A stretch of 64,000 nucleotides of DNA from Podarcis liolepis (Eukaryota). A program made the translations under genes and the position numbers. The stretch is taken from the NCBI GenBank assembly GCA_965112155.1, contig OZ218101.1; one strand, 5' to 3'. Within the stretch, counting starts at the first letter, position 1; every line of letters begins with the position of its first letter. Below the pieces are notes generated by a model. That model was not told where the DNA came from and did no database searches. It worked only from the letters and a program-made list of their open reading frames with translations. Shown here piece by piece: positions 36,401-50,758 of the stretch.

Positions 36401-39400
36401 CACTATAAACGTGTGTGAACTCATCTTTTGTCTCTACCATTTTCTTGTGGCTAGTAGGAGACTATTATTGCTTGAGTCCTTATTCGTTGAAAGCCCTAAA
36501 TGGACAGGGAAGCCTTTTATTGTGTTAAACCATTGATAGTTAAAATGAAACCCATATGCACCTTCAATTTATTTTACACAAAGCATATAAGAGGAGCTTG
36601 ACTAGTGTCTAGAATTCTCTCTGTCTTCAATTTTGAGAACTGCATGCAGCATGAGCAGGAAGAAAAATAATTCTTTGTGACTAGATGCTTGTGCAAACAT
36701 TGTTCCCTCTCCTGTCTTCTCATTGTGAGTAGCTTGCTATCCGATGTCCAATGAAATACTAAATTCCAAAGGATTTACTTGCTATATTGTAGAACTGCAG
36801 CTGGGCTTTATCTGTGTTAACTGTGAAAGAACCTCATTACAGCAGAAGTAGTAGATTACCTGAAGCTTTTTGCGGCATATCATCTGTGCTGGCCTATGAA
36901 GACAGTTTGACTTAATGAATTGCATGATTTTGCTCAGATTATCAAAATCCACTTGTGGCATAAATTCTGTACTGCTGTGGCTTTAAACCATAGTGAATTC
37001 CAGCATGCTTAACTGCAAATACTGCAGAAGCAGGAACACTCAGGTAAATCACAGGGTGAGTTAAAAAGATGGTGCTTAAATAGTGCTAGAATACTGCAGT
37101 GGCTTAAGAGATTTTAACTACAAATCAGGATGTTCCTAGTTGTAAATTCACCTCTGCCATATACTCACTAGGCAGACTTTTGGGTCTCAGAATTTCAGCA
37201 GTGCCATGTGTGATGCCAAAATTCAGCGCACGCAACTGCCTCTTGCACTCCATTCTAAATCATAGTTGCGGAGTCCCCTGTGGGGCCCCTAAAGCTCCAC
37301 ACCCAATGAAGCCAAACCAGTTGTGCTCCCCTAAATCTGCCTTTGCCCTAGGTTCCCTTAGGCAAACTACTCTCAACCTCAGGTCCCCCTAATTTTGTAC
37401 TGGGTTGGATAATAAAACTGATTTGGCTCAGTGTTGTAAGGATTACAGCTAGATTATGTTTGAAGCACTTTGAATGCTTGAAAGTTATATACAAAAGTTA
37501 GCTATTATCCTTCAGAGAAATAATTCTTTTTGGAATGTGGTGTTCCTATGCGTCTTGTCAATATATGATACTGACCATCAGCAATGCACTATTCTGTCTT
37601 AATTCAAAGTGTTAACCTTCCAATTAGCAGTTTTTGTATCAACTTCACACGTTTGCTCAACACATTCCCTGCCTTGCAAATACATTGGTGTGAACAAAAT
37701 TATTGGCACATCAATCAGTTACAGATAGGCAGCAGAAATGCCTGGGGTTACTCCTGTCTGGGCATTGGGCAAGCAGCTATACAGCCAACAGTGATCCCCA
37801 TGACTGAAACGAAGTATATTTGCTCAAGCACAAGAACTGACTTGTTCACACGTAGAGCATAATGTTTTAATGTGTGGGATTTCTATTGTTTGTTAGTTGT
37901 GTCAAGCATTTTTTTGGAAGTGATTATGGAGTTTATTAAGCAGCATATGTGATAAGCCAGCCAAAGGTTTATCTCTTATCTGCCAAGATTATATATGAAA
38001 CTTTCTCATATCTAACTGGTGCTGCCTCCTCTAAGAAATTGATATATTTGCAGAATTGTATTGTGCTAATTATTGGATCAAATTGGCTGGCGTACCTATA
38101 TTTTGCTACTTACTACTTTGAACAGCTGTTAAAAAATTACGTTTTTCTGTTGAAGTGTCTCCCATTGCATTGGTTGTTCCTTGGTGTAAGCTTCCTAGTT
38201 TATCAGCTTAATTCCTGCTGCACCTCAATTCCTCAAAACAAGTTCCCGTCAGTGCTAAAGGTTCTGTGTGTGTTACTCCACATTTGATTCCTCTACCCAT
38301 ACTTGCCACCTCATTATGTACTTTTATTTTGTTATTGGACATGCTTTCTTGCTCGGTACATAATTATTAATTTTTTCTTTCTTCAATGTATGAATCTCAC
38401 AAATTAACTTCTAGTTTTCAGCATAGAAGATTGTTTAGGTGACTTAAAAACTAAGAATGTTTTGAACTAAACATTTTCAAAGAAAGTCACATAAGCAGGG
38501 ATCATAAGAGTTCTATAAATTTATGCTTAGTGTGAAGGAAATACATAGCAAAGTTTTTCTCCCTCATAATTTTGGAACCTGATTTAAGATGGGTAATGTC
38601 CACCCGTATCTCCTAATAATGACTAATATATGTTACTTCAAGGACCTGGGGTTCTGTCCGCACTATATTTTTAAAGTACCTTTCCCCTCTTAAAGAATTC
38701 TGGGCACTGTAGTTTGTTAAGGGTTGCTGGAAATTGTAACTGTGGGGTAAACTACAGTGCTCCAAACCCTTTGAGAAACCATGTGCTTAGAATGTGCTTT
38801 AATGGTGGTATGAGCACACAGAGCTGGTATTCCTATGAAGATTGGATGCTGGGAAGAGCAGGAGAGTGCTGTTGCATTCATGACCTAATTGTCGGCATCC
38901 CAAAGGCATCTGGTTGACCACAGAGAAATGGGAACCTGCGCTAGATAGGCCTTTGGTCTCATGCAGCAGGGCTCTTGCTATCTTACATTTTAGGTCCTTG
39001 CTCAGCAATTAATTCCCCTGGGCGAGATCAGTTTCACACAGGAGTAAGCGGGTTAAGTTTCAATTCCTACCCCATTAAGTGGCTGCTAGCTAGTTCTGTT
39101 GCCACAAATGGCATTTCTTCCAGAGATACTTTACCTCTTAGGGTGGTAACTGTAGGCTGGCAGCACCTTTCAGAACCAAATGCTGATTCCTGTATTATGT
39201 TGACCTTAGTGATCAAGGCAGAAAGAGTCTAGTTGGGAAGAGGAAAAGTTAGCATATACTTCCCCCCCCCCCCAATTTAACAATTTTGATAATCCTTGTT
39301 TCATCTGTTAAGACTTCTGTCACTTAACGCACTGGCCCTTCATAGGCTAATATCCAGCTTAGTGCGCAACCATATGCTCTGGCCAGCAATGGCAAGGCTT

Positions 39401-40062
39401 GATGGAACAGCACAGCCCCAGAACTTGTCCCAGCCAGAGTGGAGGGAAAATGCCCCTTCGCTGCACTAGCTCTCAGTGCAACAAAGACCTAAAATGAGTC
39501 AATGCCATCCAGTAGATCCAGTGCTGGCTTTCCCCCCACAACACCCCATTTCAGGGCTTCCTGCTGACTACCAACGGGAGAGGCTGCTGGGTGGTGCAAG
39601 GGGGTTCTTGCCTGCGCGGCTGGGCAGAGGGATACCTTTGCACCACCCAAACTCCTTCCACTATAGCAGATCAGGGGCTTGGATTTCTCTGTAAATCATG
39701 CTTGGGGTAGATCTGTTGAAATCAGTGCACTTTGTCCATTGATTTCCATGAGTCTTATTCTGAGTGTGACTAGTGTCAAAACTTACATGGCCAATTCACC
39801 ATGAGTTTCCTGTTAGTCCTATTAGGACTGAGAAAATTGTTCCAGCTATGGGAAGTATTTTTCTCTGTCTAGAGATAAATGAGCTAAGCTTAACCCACAA
39901 TTCTGTAGCCACCTCTATAGGAATTCTATTTTTGGATATAACTGCTACAGACACATTTTTCATTTCTAATATTGCATTTATTTTGGCCATGTTACTTTGA
40001 TTCCGCTGCAGCCCACATTCAATTGTATTTTGAGTATTTCTAAGCATTAATTACAATTGAGA

Positions 40063-40180
40063 TAAAAAATTCCTTCCAGTAGCACCTTAAAGACCAACTA
40101 AGTAAAATAGTTGGTCTTTAAGGTGCTACTGGAAGGAATTTTTTATTTTGACTATGGCAGACCAACACGGCTACCTATCT
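40063..40180 (+). mobile_element. Short Penelope-like insertion with perfect hairpin
   Basis: 38-bp perfect arms at 40063-40100 and 40108-40145, end ACCAACACGGCTACC, 13-bp TSD ATTACAATTGAGA at 40050-40062 and 40181-40193. Confidence 0.75.
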
Positions 40181-40815
40181 ATTACAATTGAGAGTCGCCA
40201 TTACCACAAGCAAGCATTAGGGGGAAAGACAGTCGAGGGGAAATTTAGTTAAGTGTGACAGGCCTTTTACTAGACTAATACTGACTTTCTTGCATGTTAC
40301 AAACTTACAAAAACTGTACATTGTGTTGGTGGAGCAGCTATTTCAATGTGTAAGCCTATTCTGAAATACTTAATAGCTTTTAGTATATCTCTGCTTCACC
40401 ATCACCCGCCCCCTGCAAGTATATTCAAATTACACTTTACGTCACCACGAGCGTCAACTACTATTTTGCATTTGAACTAAATTTAAAGTTTCCAGAAATT
40501 CATAATTTTAAATTCAACATAGATCTATGGGGAATATGAAAACTTAGAAACTCTCTGTAACTGCTTTTTTTATACAGAAGTATTGGTTTGCAAGACATAC
40601 TGTAGATGGTTTCTAGTTCAGCACTTTCTGAAACTAGTACAGTACTAACTTGCAAGATTAGTCTTATGTTTAAGGGGAAAGTTTATTTATTATGTACATT
40701 GATGTCTAGCTACTTTAATGCAGTTGAGCTTTATGCTTTTCACTGATCTACAGGAATGCTGGAAATTTGGTTTCAATTTATTGTGGTTTACTTCAAAGTG
40801 TGCTTTCAAGTGTAC

Positions 40816-41173
40816 AGGTAAAGGTACCCCTGACTGTTAGGTCCAGTCGCAGACAACTCTGGGGTTACACACTCATCTCACTCTCTAGGCCAAGGGAGCC
40901 GGCATTTGTCCGCAGATAGCTTCCGGGTCATATGGCCAGCATGACTAAACCGCTTCTGGCAAACCAGAGCAGCGCACAGAAATGGTGTTTACCTACCCGC
41001 TGGAGCGGTACCTATTTATCTACTTGCACTTTGATGTGCTTTCGAACTGCTAGATGGGCAGGAGCTGGGACTGAACAACAGGAGCTCACCCCGTCACAGG
41101 GATTTGAACCACCAACCTACTGATCGGCAAGCCCTAGGCTCTGTGGTTTAGACCACAGTGCCACCCGCGTCCC
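40816..41173 (-). mobile_element. Sauria SINE (Squam1-type), full length
   Basis: Colinear with 4147-4509 (GGGACGCGGGTGGC head, GCAAGTAGATAAATAGGTACC core, ACCTTTACCT tail). Confidence 0.9.
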
Positions 41174-41550
41174 TTCAACTCTATACTTCAATATAAATGA
41201 AAGATTGCATGTACTATCACACTAAGGAGAGTAGTAGAAACAGTTTTTTAACTTTCTCCTCTAGAATGCTTTGTGCCTCATGACTGAAAGTAGCCCTTTT
41301 TATTGGAAAGCAATGTTTTAGAAATAAGTTACTTTGTTACTATCTTTCAGGATTTTTCCTGGTTGGTTAATTCTGTGAAATAATTTTGGTCCCTGTAATT
41401 TTAGTTTTCTCTCCAATGTTCATATGCTGGACAGAGCAACATGTCACTGGACCCTTGTAGCAACATGCATGACCGGTATACCACTCTGCGCTGCTATTCT
41501 AACACAAGAACAGTTTGACTATAGCCTACTTGTTGCAGCGAACAATCATA

Positions 41551-41726
41551 CAGTGGTACCTCGGGTTACAGACTCTGCTAACCCAGAAATAGTACCTCGA
41601 GTTAAGAACTTTGCTTCAGGATGAGAACAGAAATCGTGCAGCGGGAGGCCCCATTAGCTAAAGTGGTACCTCAGGTTAAGAACAGACCTCCAGAACGAAT
41701 TAAGTTCTTAACCCGAGGTACCACTG
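41551..41726. mobile_element. Tigger/pogo-like MITE
   Basis: Perfect 18-bp TIR CAGTGGTACCTCGGGTTA with TA on both sides. Confidence 0.88.
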
Positions 41727-43894
41727 TACACCTGTAGGCTGTCTCAAGTGTCCTACATATGGTGAAAATCATTATATTCTTCTAGGTTGTACCGGTATTG
41801 TTAATCTGTAATCTATTACTGCATGCTACCTACCTTTTCATAGAGTTACGAGTTTATAATTGTTTCATGGGTTATAAGTCTGGCCAAGACTAACATTTTT
41901 GAGAGCTCTACAGCTTTCAGGCTGTCAGCAGGACATCCCCAAAAATATTTTAATTTTTATTTACATACATGTATTAGGTGTATATTGAATATTGGACAAT
42001 ACTAAAATCACAAGTAACTGATAGGCTTTAGTCTCTAGCTGCACCTAGCAGCAGTTTTCAAACTATATAGTCAACGTGTTGACTTTTTCTGCATTGCTAG
42101 TTTACTTCTAATTAAGCAATCCTCATTCTTAGCTCAATGATTCCTTTCAAGAGATTTTTCTTCACTAAGAGTTACATCACTGTTTTTCTAAAGGGTTGCA
42201 GTGGACTTACAACTTAATTCAACCCCAACCAACAGATCCAGTGGTAAAGGATGTGTAAATTATAGGTCAGCAGACCACAGCTCCCCCCCCCCCCCGGGTA
42301 GCCATGCACTTACAAATGCAAGCAGTAGTTTTCCAATTGCTGTACATCTAGGAAAAGCCACATCTGCTTCTGAGACTTACTGGGTTGCTCTTTAAAGCAA
42401 TTTGTGCTCACACAGCTTTGCTCCACACATACGTAAGACAGCAGCCTGTTATTTTCAGATAGTGTGCTCTCTACGTGTATTCTAAAGGTTTGTTACGCTA
42501 TATAGTTCTTGAAAGGAAATGAGAAAACTGCTGCCTGTGACATCATTAAGAGTACATGTCATTAGCTCAGCTTCAAAAATATTCCAATTTCTGTTTTCCA
42601 GTTAGCAGCACTTGTGTATATTTCTTACGTGCTTCAACTTCCTTTTGTGAAAGCCGTCTTCCCTCCACCTCGTTTATCAGCAAAATACAGCATGCTCGTG
42701 ATAACATCATGCAAAGCAAGAAGTCTGTTAAGTGTCTAGAAAATGTATGCTCCCACAGCGTCGCTTTTACTATCTGTGGTCCTCTGAAAACTATTGCATC
42801 TACTAAACATTGAAACTTGTTTTCTCTATATTTGCACAATGTACTTAGGGCACCGGTAAATCCTTATGCTATTTACATGGTATGGGGCAAAGCAGACTAC
42901 AGAACAGGAGTTCACTTCAGTCTTTCCATTAAATGGAAAGCAGGAACTTCTACTTGCACCTGCTGTAGCAATCTTTCTCATGTTGTGCTGCTGCTGTGAG
43001 AGCTGTCACAAGAAAAAAGGTGGGGAAGCTGGAAAATATATTGTATAAGCAGTAGCCTTAACTCTGGATGCAGTCCTTTGAGCCATGTTCCAAGCAGCCC
43101 AAAATGACATTCTAGGGAAACTGATGTACCATCAAAACATCTCTCCACTATTTGGATATGGGCTGCTTTGACTATCCCTCTTTCCTTGAACAGCTGACCA
43201 TGTCAAACGGCTTTTGGAGGGAGAGACACCCTCCTCCCAAGTTTGCCAAAAGACCCTTGGGTGCAGCTGCATAGTTTTGGTCCTTATTAAACAGGCTTCT
43301 TTAAGACAAAACTGGGCTTTTGTATACAACACTGCAAACCGTTCTGCTCATGGAACAGGACTTCTTCCACTTGTGTGTACCCCCAACCCTCTGGAGAAAT
43401 TTATAGTGTGCCAGGGAGTAAAGGGGAGAGGAAGGTCCTATTACACAAGCAGATTATAAGTGCCTTAAACATACCTAACATTTTGTTCAGCATTATAGAA
43501 CTGTTTAAAGGATTCTATTTTGCCATTAATCTAAGCATATCACACTCTTTCTACTCCCATTTGACATGTCTTTGCTATATAACAAAGTGGAAGAATGTTG
43601 CATTGTGTACTAAGAACCAAGTTTGAGATCTTGCCTTCCTGAAGCTTGATGAAAGAGCACAAAGACCTGCTGGATCAGACGAAAGGCCCAAAGTCCTGCT
43701 TCCTGTTCTCAAACTGGTATACCAGATACTTGAGCTATCTGGACAACTTCATACACAATCTAAAACAGTTCCTTTGTAAGGTGATTAAAATTTCAGGACC
43801 ATTTACACATCTATAAAATGTTTAGACAAACTGTTAAAACTAAAAAGAAAATGCCTCTCACACACATTGTACCAGTTTTGAACAAAAGGTGGCA

Positions 43895-43900
43895 TTTATT
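43895..43900 (-). terminator. RPL8: RPL8 polyadenylation signal
   Basis: AATAAA on the minus strand 27 nt after the stop codon. Confidence 0.85.
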
Positions 43901-43927
43901 TCTTTATGAATATATTGAACTGAGTAT

Positions 43928-44086
<159 letters not shown>

Positions 44087-44749
44087 CTATGAAAGAAAAG
44101 CAGCAACCAGAGTAAAAAATAAGGCAGGAAATTATTTCCAATACAAAAAAAAAAGGGGGGGAGAGAGATACCAGCAACAAAGTTTATCACTAAGCTCCAT
44201 CTGCATAGTTTGCTTAGATAAAAGGCGTGATTTGATGACCTTCAGGAAATGCTACAAAGTGAAGGTGTTACATTCTGCTTTGATTTAACAACTTAGCTTG
44301 TTTTACCTTTGAACTGAATGCTGATTTTTTTAAACATTTGTTATGGGGACAGCACCACTACAGATATATATATTGAATTACAAGCCTTAAAACTTAGCTT
44401 GCTTCATTAATGTATTGGTTGTAAAGAAAACGTGGATGGACACTTAGGGCATATTAGCACTATCTCCATTAGCAGCCATTTTATCTGGCTTCATCTGCAG
44501 GAGGAACCAGTCCAATCCCCTATCTTTGTTGGAACCAGCTACCTGTTGGTTCCTATCCTTGTGGAACTGTATTCTCCATACTATGAAGCAGTCACTAGCC
44601 AGGTCTGATCACATTTCTTCTCCCTCTCCATTCCATTTTCCTTGTCTAATGTCACTAAAATAGATTACTTCTTAAAACTGCGAACCACCATCAGTGTATC
44701 AAGGTAGCAGGTTAAGTAACCAGAGGAAGCAGGTGCAAGAAAGACTTAC

Positions 44750-44865
44750 GTTCATAGCTACACCACGGACACGTGGCCAGCAGTTTCTCTTTGCCTTGTA
44801 TTTGTGGTAAGCCCGTCCAGCTTTCAAGATAGGTTTGTCAATACGACCACCACCAGCAACAATAC
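44750..44865 (-). CDS. RPL8: RPL8 exon 5
   Basis: tccag|GTATTGTT...ATGAAC|gtaagt; [38 protein letters not shown]. Confidence 0.97.
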
Positions 44866-46844
44866 CTGGAAGATTTTTTGCAAGAGATTTCCCCTGTTAT
44901 TATTTTCCAAAAACAGTATTAGCGCTTTAACTGTTCCCATTAAACATGGTTAGTTATGCTCTTTGTAGGCCTTCCAAGTGCTCAGCACTAATAGTAGCAA
45001 TAGACAATGTTTACCAAATTATTTCATTCGAAACTTTCCATTTGCTTTGCTTCTGGGAAATGCTTTCATATTGTCTCACAGTTCACTTTGGTAAAAATAT
45101 TTGAACCTTCCATATTTAGTACTGTGATCAGACTTCTAAATAAGACTGCAGCACTGAGGATGCTAATGTGTGCCCTTGAGGCTGCCCACAAGTCTCTTAG
45201 ACTCTGTTATAAGGTGGCAGGGGTGGCAATTATTATTTGTATACTGTCTTATACCCATAGATCTCAGAACACAGCCACCACCTCCCACATCAAGGCTAAA
45301 GGAAGAAGTGGTAGGACCTTTCCCACTCACTCTTTCAGCACTATGTGCATTCTAAGGCTCAGGTTGGCCCCTGATCAGAAGCAGAGTGACTTGTGAGGGT
45401 AAGTAGGGAAAGTGAAGCAATCTAGCCTGGAGGAAGAAAAATAAGACTGAAAAGTGAAGTCCGAAGACAATGAATTAAGAAACCTGAGTAAATGTAAATG
45501 TCTTGAAATTAAAAGTTTTTCCTACAGGTTCTCTTACCACCATATTATCACATACTGCATCAGTCTCCATTGAATGAACGTCACATCTAGTACTTTCTAG
45601 TGTCACCATGGTGCAGAAACATGGATTCAAAACACAGAACCCCATTGTTTATAGGGACTCCATCAAAACCATTATCTATCCACACATAACCAGATCACAG
45701 ATGTATTCTGTGATTTTGTTGTCGTACTATGTAAAAATCATGATTCATGCAATGGATCAATGATTTCCCGGTGCTGGCAAGCAATGATTCTGTGAAGTCT
45801 ACCTTTTTAAGCTAAAATTTGACAATGCTTGGGGGGGGGGGGAGACCATGTAAAACCATGCAGATTCAAGAGGATCTGTTTTAATTCTGCTGAATGATTT
45901 TATCCAGACCACCTGGAAAAGTGGAAGTTTGTCTATGTTCGCTTTTTGGGTGGGCAGGAAAAAAGCGACCAGAGGAAGTAATGTCCATGGCACTCTCAAA
46001 ATTCCAAATTTGTGTAATCCACAAAGAAAAGCTAAAAGTGGAATATTATGTGATTACCTGTAGCTGTATTATATTTATGCTGTTATGATTGTTATTAGTT
46101 ATACACTTTCCCGTTTCTGTATATTTCTTCATTATTGTATATTTGGATAATTTGCAGTAAACCTTTTTTTTTTAAATTCCAAATGTGCCCAGGGCAAAAA
46201 AAGAGGGAAAAAAATAAGAGGTTGGTGACCACTGCTGTGGCAACACAGTATTAAATAATGACACAGAACACATTTTGTGCAATGTCATTTTTAAAGACTG
46301 GATTCTAATTTCTTAAGTGCTTACAAGCAGCTATAGTGACAAATACCAAGACACCAATAAGAATGCAACAATGTCAGGGGCTTAATCACCTTCTCATTCT
46401 TGCAATGCAATATGCCCATTTGTCTATCAACAATGCCCTTCTGCTGTCAACAGAGACTAAAGAGGTCAGACTCAATGCAAAATAATATATGCTTTAAAAA
46501 ATTCTCTTTTAAGACACCCAGCTGCCAACTCAAAGTCACAATTATTCAATAAAGAACATAAAAGACTCCCCAATGAATTTGCTTGACTAGACAGTTGGAA
46601 AATCTTAAGCTCCAAATAATCAGTCATGGTCATGTTCTTCTCTTTCACTACAGGCCTTAAATTAGTATAAGAAAGTTAGTAAAATGGTGATATCATGGAT
46701 TGCTGTTGTAGTAAATAGCCAATTCGGTTGAGTTTTGCAGAAAACCTCCTCCATGTTAAGCCCTTTTTCGAAGTGTTATTAGTTGGAAGCGCCAGAACAC
46801 CTCTACAATCCAGATTCTGCAAGTACTGCAGTGTCCTTAAACTA

Positions 46845-47150
<306 letters not shown>

Positions 47151-47252
47151 TTAGAGCTGCAGTATCACTCTAATGTGCCACCTCTCTTGAAATCTACATT
47201 TTCAAGTTACCTAACTATTTCCAAAAATATGCACAACTGTTTATTGTCTTTA

Positions 47253-47399
<147 letters not shown>

Positions 47400-48429
47400 C
47401 TATTGAAATATAAATACAGTTTAAGAATCTTATAATTTCAGATAGTTAGCAACACTGCCAATATACTCAGTGAATTACATGCACTTTCCAGATCAAAAGG
47501 CCAGGCATTTGAGATAACAGCTTAGCCCTACTAGGTAATAACTTATGAGCTGCCTCATTTCCACATATTTTCCATTTGGGAATGGCTGAGGTTAAGCAAA
47601 GTTGGAATAAAGGCAATCCTCCCCTAAATCAATCAGAAGTTTTGTCCCTTAGCCTCAGTGCTTTTCAACTCTGCCATTGCCTTTTAAATGGAAGCCTATT
47701 GTTGTCTTGCTCTCAAGCAAGCTTAAATATTTTTCAGAACTACCTTATTGGTATGCACTTACCTTCTTCCCTACCATCTCATTTTTCTATTGTTATCAAC
47801 CATCAGCACAACAAAACCGTTAAGAAAATATAGTGTGACTTTAGGATTTTTCTTAAGACCTGCAATGTTGGAGCCTGTCAGAGCACAGGTTACTGACTGA
47901 GTTTTGGAGATATGGGGGCCACTGCAGAATTCCCCATCCAAGGTAAGTTATAAACCATGTCATGATGCAGTTTATTTCCTTACCAACAGTCAGTACCTCA
48001 AGTCTTGTCTGGGTCTCAACCTCAACTTGTTTGTTCTCACTGCCCCCTAGACTGCCTCCAGACACTGACTTCAATAGCCTCCATGGTATTATTAAATGGA
48101 AACAAGACAGTATGATTTGCATACTGCTGACAGTGGTTTCATGTAGATGTTAATATTTACATAACCCACATTCAACATACTACCAGATTCATCAAAATGA
48201 TAAAATACAAATATAAACATGCATCGTATTAATACATACTGTGTCAATCTTAAAAACATCAAATCGTTTCAGAAATTTTGTACTTTAGAATTTCACAAAA
48301 GTATGCATAACAAAATAATACTGGCTGCACTAGTTCTCTTGACTGTATAAACTGCTAATAACTACTCTTATTAGGGAAAAAGGGATTATGATTTCTTAAA
48401 ACGTAAGTTACAAGAATAGAAACAGATCA

Positions 48430-48609
<180 letters not shown>

Positions 48610-49189
48610 TTATTAGGATGCTTATTTAGAAAATGCAGCTGTCTCTAGTGTAGATTCTTTAGTACAGTATGGGTCTCTATCCCACCCATCTTTCAGTTTA
48701 AAACACTTTCAGTATCTAGTGTGCTTGTTTTCTATATCACAAGTATTTTAACTGTATTTCTAGATCTCACACACAGCGTTCCTATCAATCTAATGCACTA
48801 TTTATGGTTTCTCAAAGCCCTCTCAAATGCCAAAGTTTGAGATGCAGCTTTTTTGTATGGGAAATTACTTTCTCCTCTATAGTCATGGTCTCACACAGCA
48901 CAGTACAGGTTAAACACACACAAACACATACCCCAGTGTTTTTATGTTCTTTTGAAAGTTTTTCAATGATAATGTTTGCAACTCATACAGTACTGCTTTC
49001 TGCACAAAGTTATTCTTGGTATATGGACCTCAAGCTTAAAGACTTGCAATATGAAAGTTAGCTTATTTAAAAAATGCAACAGGGCCTTTGACTAAAACGG
49101 AGTAGAAGAAAAATATTTGTGACAGCAGGAGTTTCATATATCTTAAGAATCCTCTGTGTTATTCTATTCTGTTCTGAGAGATCGCCCTG

Positions 49190-50460
49190 AATGGCTGCCG
49201 TTACAGACATTTTTTAAAACACAAAATCACGAGGACAGAAATATCCCCCTCCGCCTGTTCCCCTCGAGCTCGGTCTCCCGTCGGAGCCCATCCTCCGCTG
49301 CTCGTGGCCTCGGCAGCCAAAGGAAAATCCAGGCTCGCCCGGCAGCGGGAAGCGAATCGTTCATGGGAGCCGCACGAAAAGAAGCGCGAAATGTTCCCCG
49401 CCGCGAAACCGGCCATGGGAAGCGGAGGTCGATGCCGGCCATAGATGGCCGGCGGGGTGCCGCCGCGGCCCCGATGGACACGGATACGCTCCCGAGGCCA
49501 GTTTCGTGTCTTACCTCAGCCGGGGCTTGGCTCGGAAAGAAGGAAGCTCCGGAGGTCACGGCGCCACCAAGTCCTTCCGGCCTGGACGGCGAGCGGCAGG
49601 CGTAGAGGCGTCAGGGGCCTGACGGGTAATGTAGTTCCGGCATCCGGGTACTTGAACTCCGCGGAAAAGGCTCTGGGGCACGTGACGCGCTCCGAGCCTC
49701 CCCGTTCGGTTCAGTGCAGGATGCGGCTTCTCCGTCTCCCCTGCCATAAAAAAGCGCAAGGATGCGCAAAATGGCAGCGAAGCGCCCGCCGCTACCGCTT
49801 CTCCTTTCCGTCACCCATGACGAGAGTTCGTGGGAAAGGCGTTGGAGAGCCGCTGCTGCTGCCCGTGCCCTGGAAATGGCGGGCTGTCGGCGAAACATCC
49901 CCCGTGTATATTTACCCCGAAGAAAATCGCAATAAGTTAAATGGGACTTAACGCCCCCACCCCACTTTCTGGTATGTTATGATTCATAGGCGGTTCTTGC
50001 TGTTTTGTAATTGACTTGAAAATTGTCTTTTAAAAAAAAATCCACTGGGCTCCTTCCGCAGCAAGTTGGCTTAATAAGATTGCCCCTGAAATTTGTCGCC
50101 CTCCCTTTCGAATCTGCGCTGTCCCTGCAGCGGATAAAGCGCCGGCTTGATTCCAGCTGCACTGCTGCTCCCTTTGCGCGGCCGCACCAGGTTATGTAAC
50201 GCGCGCCGCCTTCCTTTCAGCGGCAATGGAGCTTGTGCTCTTGTCAGGGCTTTTTCCCCTTTCTCTCTCTCACTCTCCCCTCCCCGCCCGCCGGGGCTGT
50301 GTTGGCATTTAAAAGCTGCGTCACGACAAGCAGCAGTTCGGCAGGTGAAGCTGTCAGCGCAGATACAATGGGCGAGAAAAGCTTCACATTTGCTGATTTC
50401 CTGCTTGGCAGGAGGCATGTTGGAAGGCATCGGAGCCATCCTGAAAAACGAGTCGGGGTT
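49190..50460. promoter_or_regulatory. CpG island / RPL8 promoter
   Basis: CpG-rich against a depleted background; ETS/GABP-like CCGGAAG (49574-49580, minus), ZNF143-like ACTACATTACCCGTCAGGC (49635-49617), E-box CACGTGAC (49679-49686), YY1-like AAATGGC (near 49769 and 49874). Confidence 0.85.
49515..49546 (-). other. RPL8: RPL8 non-coding exon 1 with 5' TOP/TCT start
   Basis: CTTCCTTCTTTCC pyrimidine tract (49546-49534) followed by GAG|gtaaga donor. Confidence 0.85.
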
Positions 50461-50552
50461 AGGCCATTAGAGAATTGGGAGGCTTTCATTCAGGCAAACT
50501 AAAATATCCTTGCTTGCTGAGATTAGGTAATGCTGCCATGTTTCTTTTAAAC

Positions 50553-50758
50553 CAGTGGCTCTTAACCATGTTTGGGTCATGGGCTCTTCTGAGAACTTGA
50601 TGAAAGCTATGGACCCCCCTCCCCAGAAAAAATATACACAAACACATATATGCACAAACACTAAACACAAAATATGCATACAAAATTTATTTACAGCATT
50701 GGGAGAAAAAAGTATTTTTTGGGTGCAGATCCCCTGAAACATAGGTAAAGAACCCCAT
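50553..50758. mobile_element. hAT-Charlie-type MITE
   Basis: CAGTGGCTCTTAACC ... GGTAAAGAACCCCAT; perfect 8-bp TSD TTTTAAAC at 50545-50552 and 50759-50766. Confidence 0.8.

Noticed and set aside
49156-50502. Several 60-170 aa ORFs around the RPL8 promoter
   Set aside because: Typical CpG-island ORFs, rich in Arg/Ala/Pro/Gly, with no recognisable homology
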